Shown here: positions 63,860 through 64,000 of the stretch, in pieces | Position numbering within the stretch: position 1 is the stretch's first letter | How the letters are laid out: every line of letters starts with the position of its first letter | Source: Balanoglossus misakiensis | Lineage: Eukaryota > Animalia > Hemichordata | DNA: 64,000 nucleotides | Assembly: GCA_040954595.2 (NCBI GenBank) | Contig: CM082587.2 | Span: 6,747,705 to 6,811,704, forward strand | Reading direction: 5' to 3' | Notes under the pieces: generated by a model | Told to the model about the DNA's origin: nothing | Database searches by the model: none | What the model saw: the letters and a program-made list of their open reading frames with translations, nothing else | Made by a program: the position numbers and the translations under genes

Positions 63860-64000
63860 CATTTAGCGACCACCCGGATCATCGTCGCAAACCGCAGGTC
63901 CTCTTGACGGCAACAGTTTCAACGCACGCACGCGCGCGCGCGCGCACTCACTGCCTCTCCAGGCCGGGGAGCGTCGACGTCACCGCGTGTTGCGTTTCGT
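63860..64000. promoter_or_regulatory. CpG-island-like promoter-proximal sequence at the window edge
   Basis: Very CpG-rich; (CG)7 run 63931-63944; GACGTCAC near 63976. Confidence 0.35.

Overview
Eukaryotic (animal) genomic DNA, AT-rich, with spliceosomal introns, microsatellites and short non-autonomous DNA transposons. The repeat style suggests an invertebrate deuterostome such as a hemichordate, but that is recollection and is not demonstrated here. Only one protein-coding gene is well supported: a 9-exon + strand gene (ATG 409 to TAA 5426, 2052 nt spliced, 683 aa) reconstructed by hand with consistent splice phases. It encodes a ZU5-ZU5-UPA-Death-domain protein of the PIDD1/DTHD1/ankyrin supramodule type. 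Unusual points are an HFC (not HFS) candidate autoproteolysis site, loss of the second HFS, an N-terminal ESGYDS degron-like motif, a C-terminal SRIP (SxIP/EB-binding-like) motif, a probable GC-AG intron, and a 310-bp pentanucleotide microsatellite abutting the death-domain exon acceptor. The remaining ~58 kb is a gene desert whose listed ORFs look spurious. It holds many homeodomain/POU/Sox-motif-rich blocks resembling enhancers, a cluster of CTCF-like motifs at 7.9-9.2 kb, paired GTCATGTGAC boxes and several MITEs. By eye it switches from CpG-poor (~7.7-46 kb) to CpG-rich (~46-64 kb), hinting at a hidden minus-strand transcription unit. No CRISPR array, rRNA, tRNA or transposase ORF was seen.
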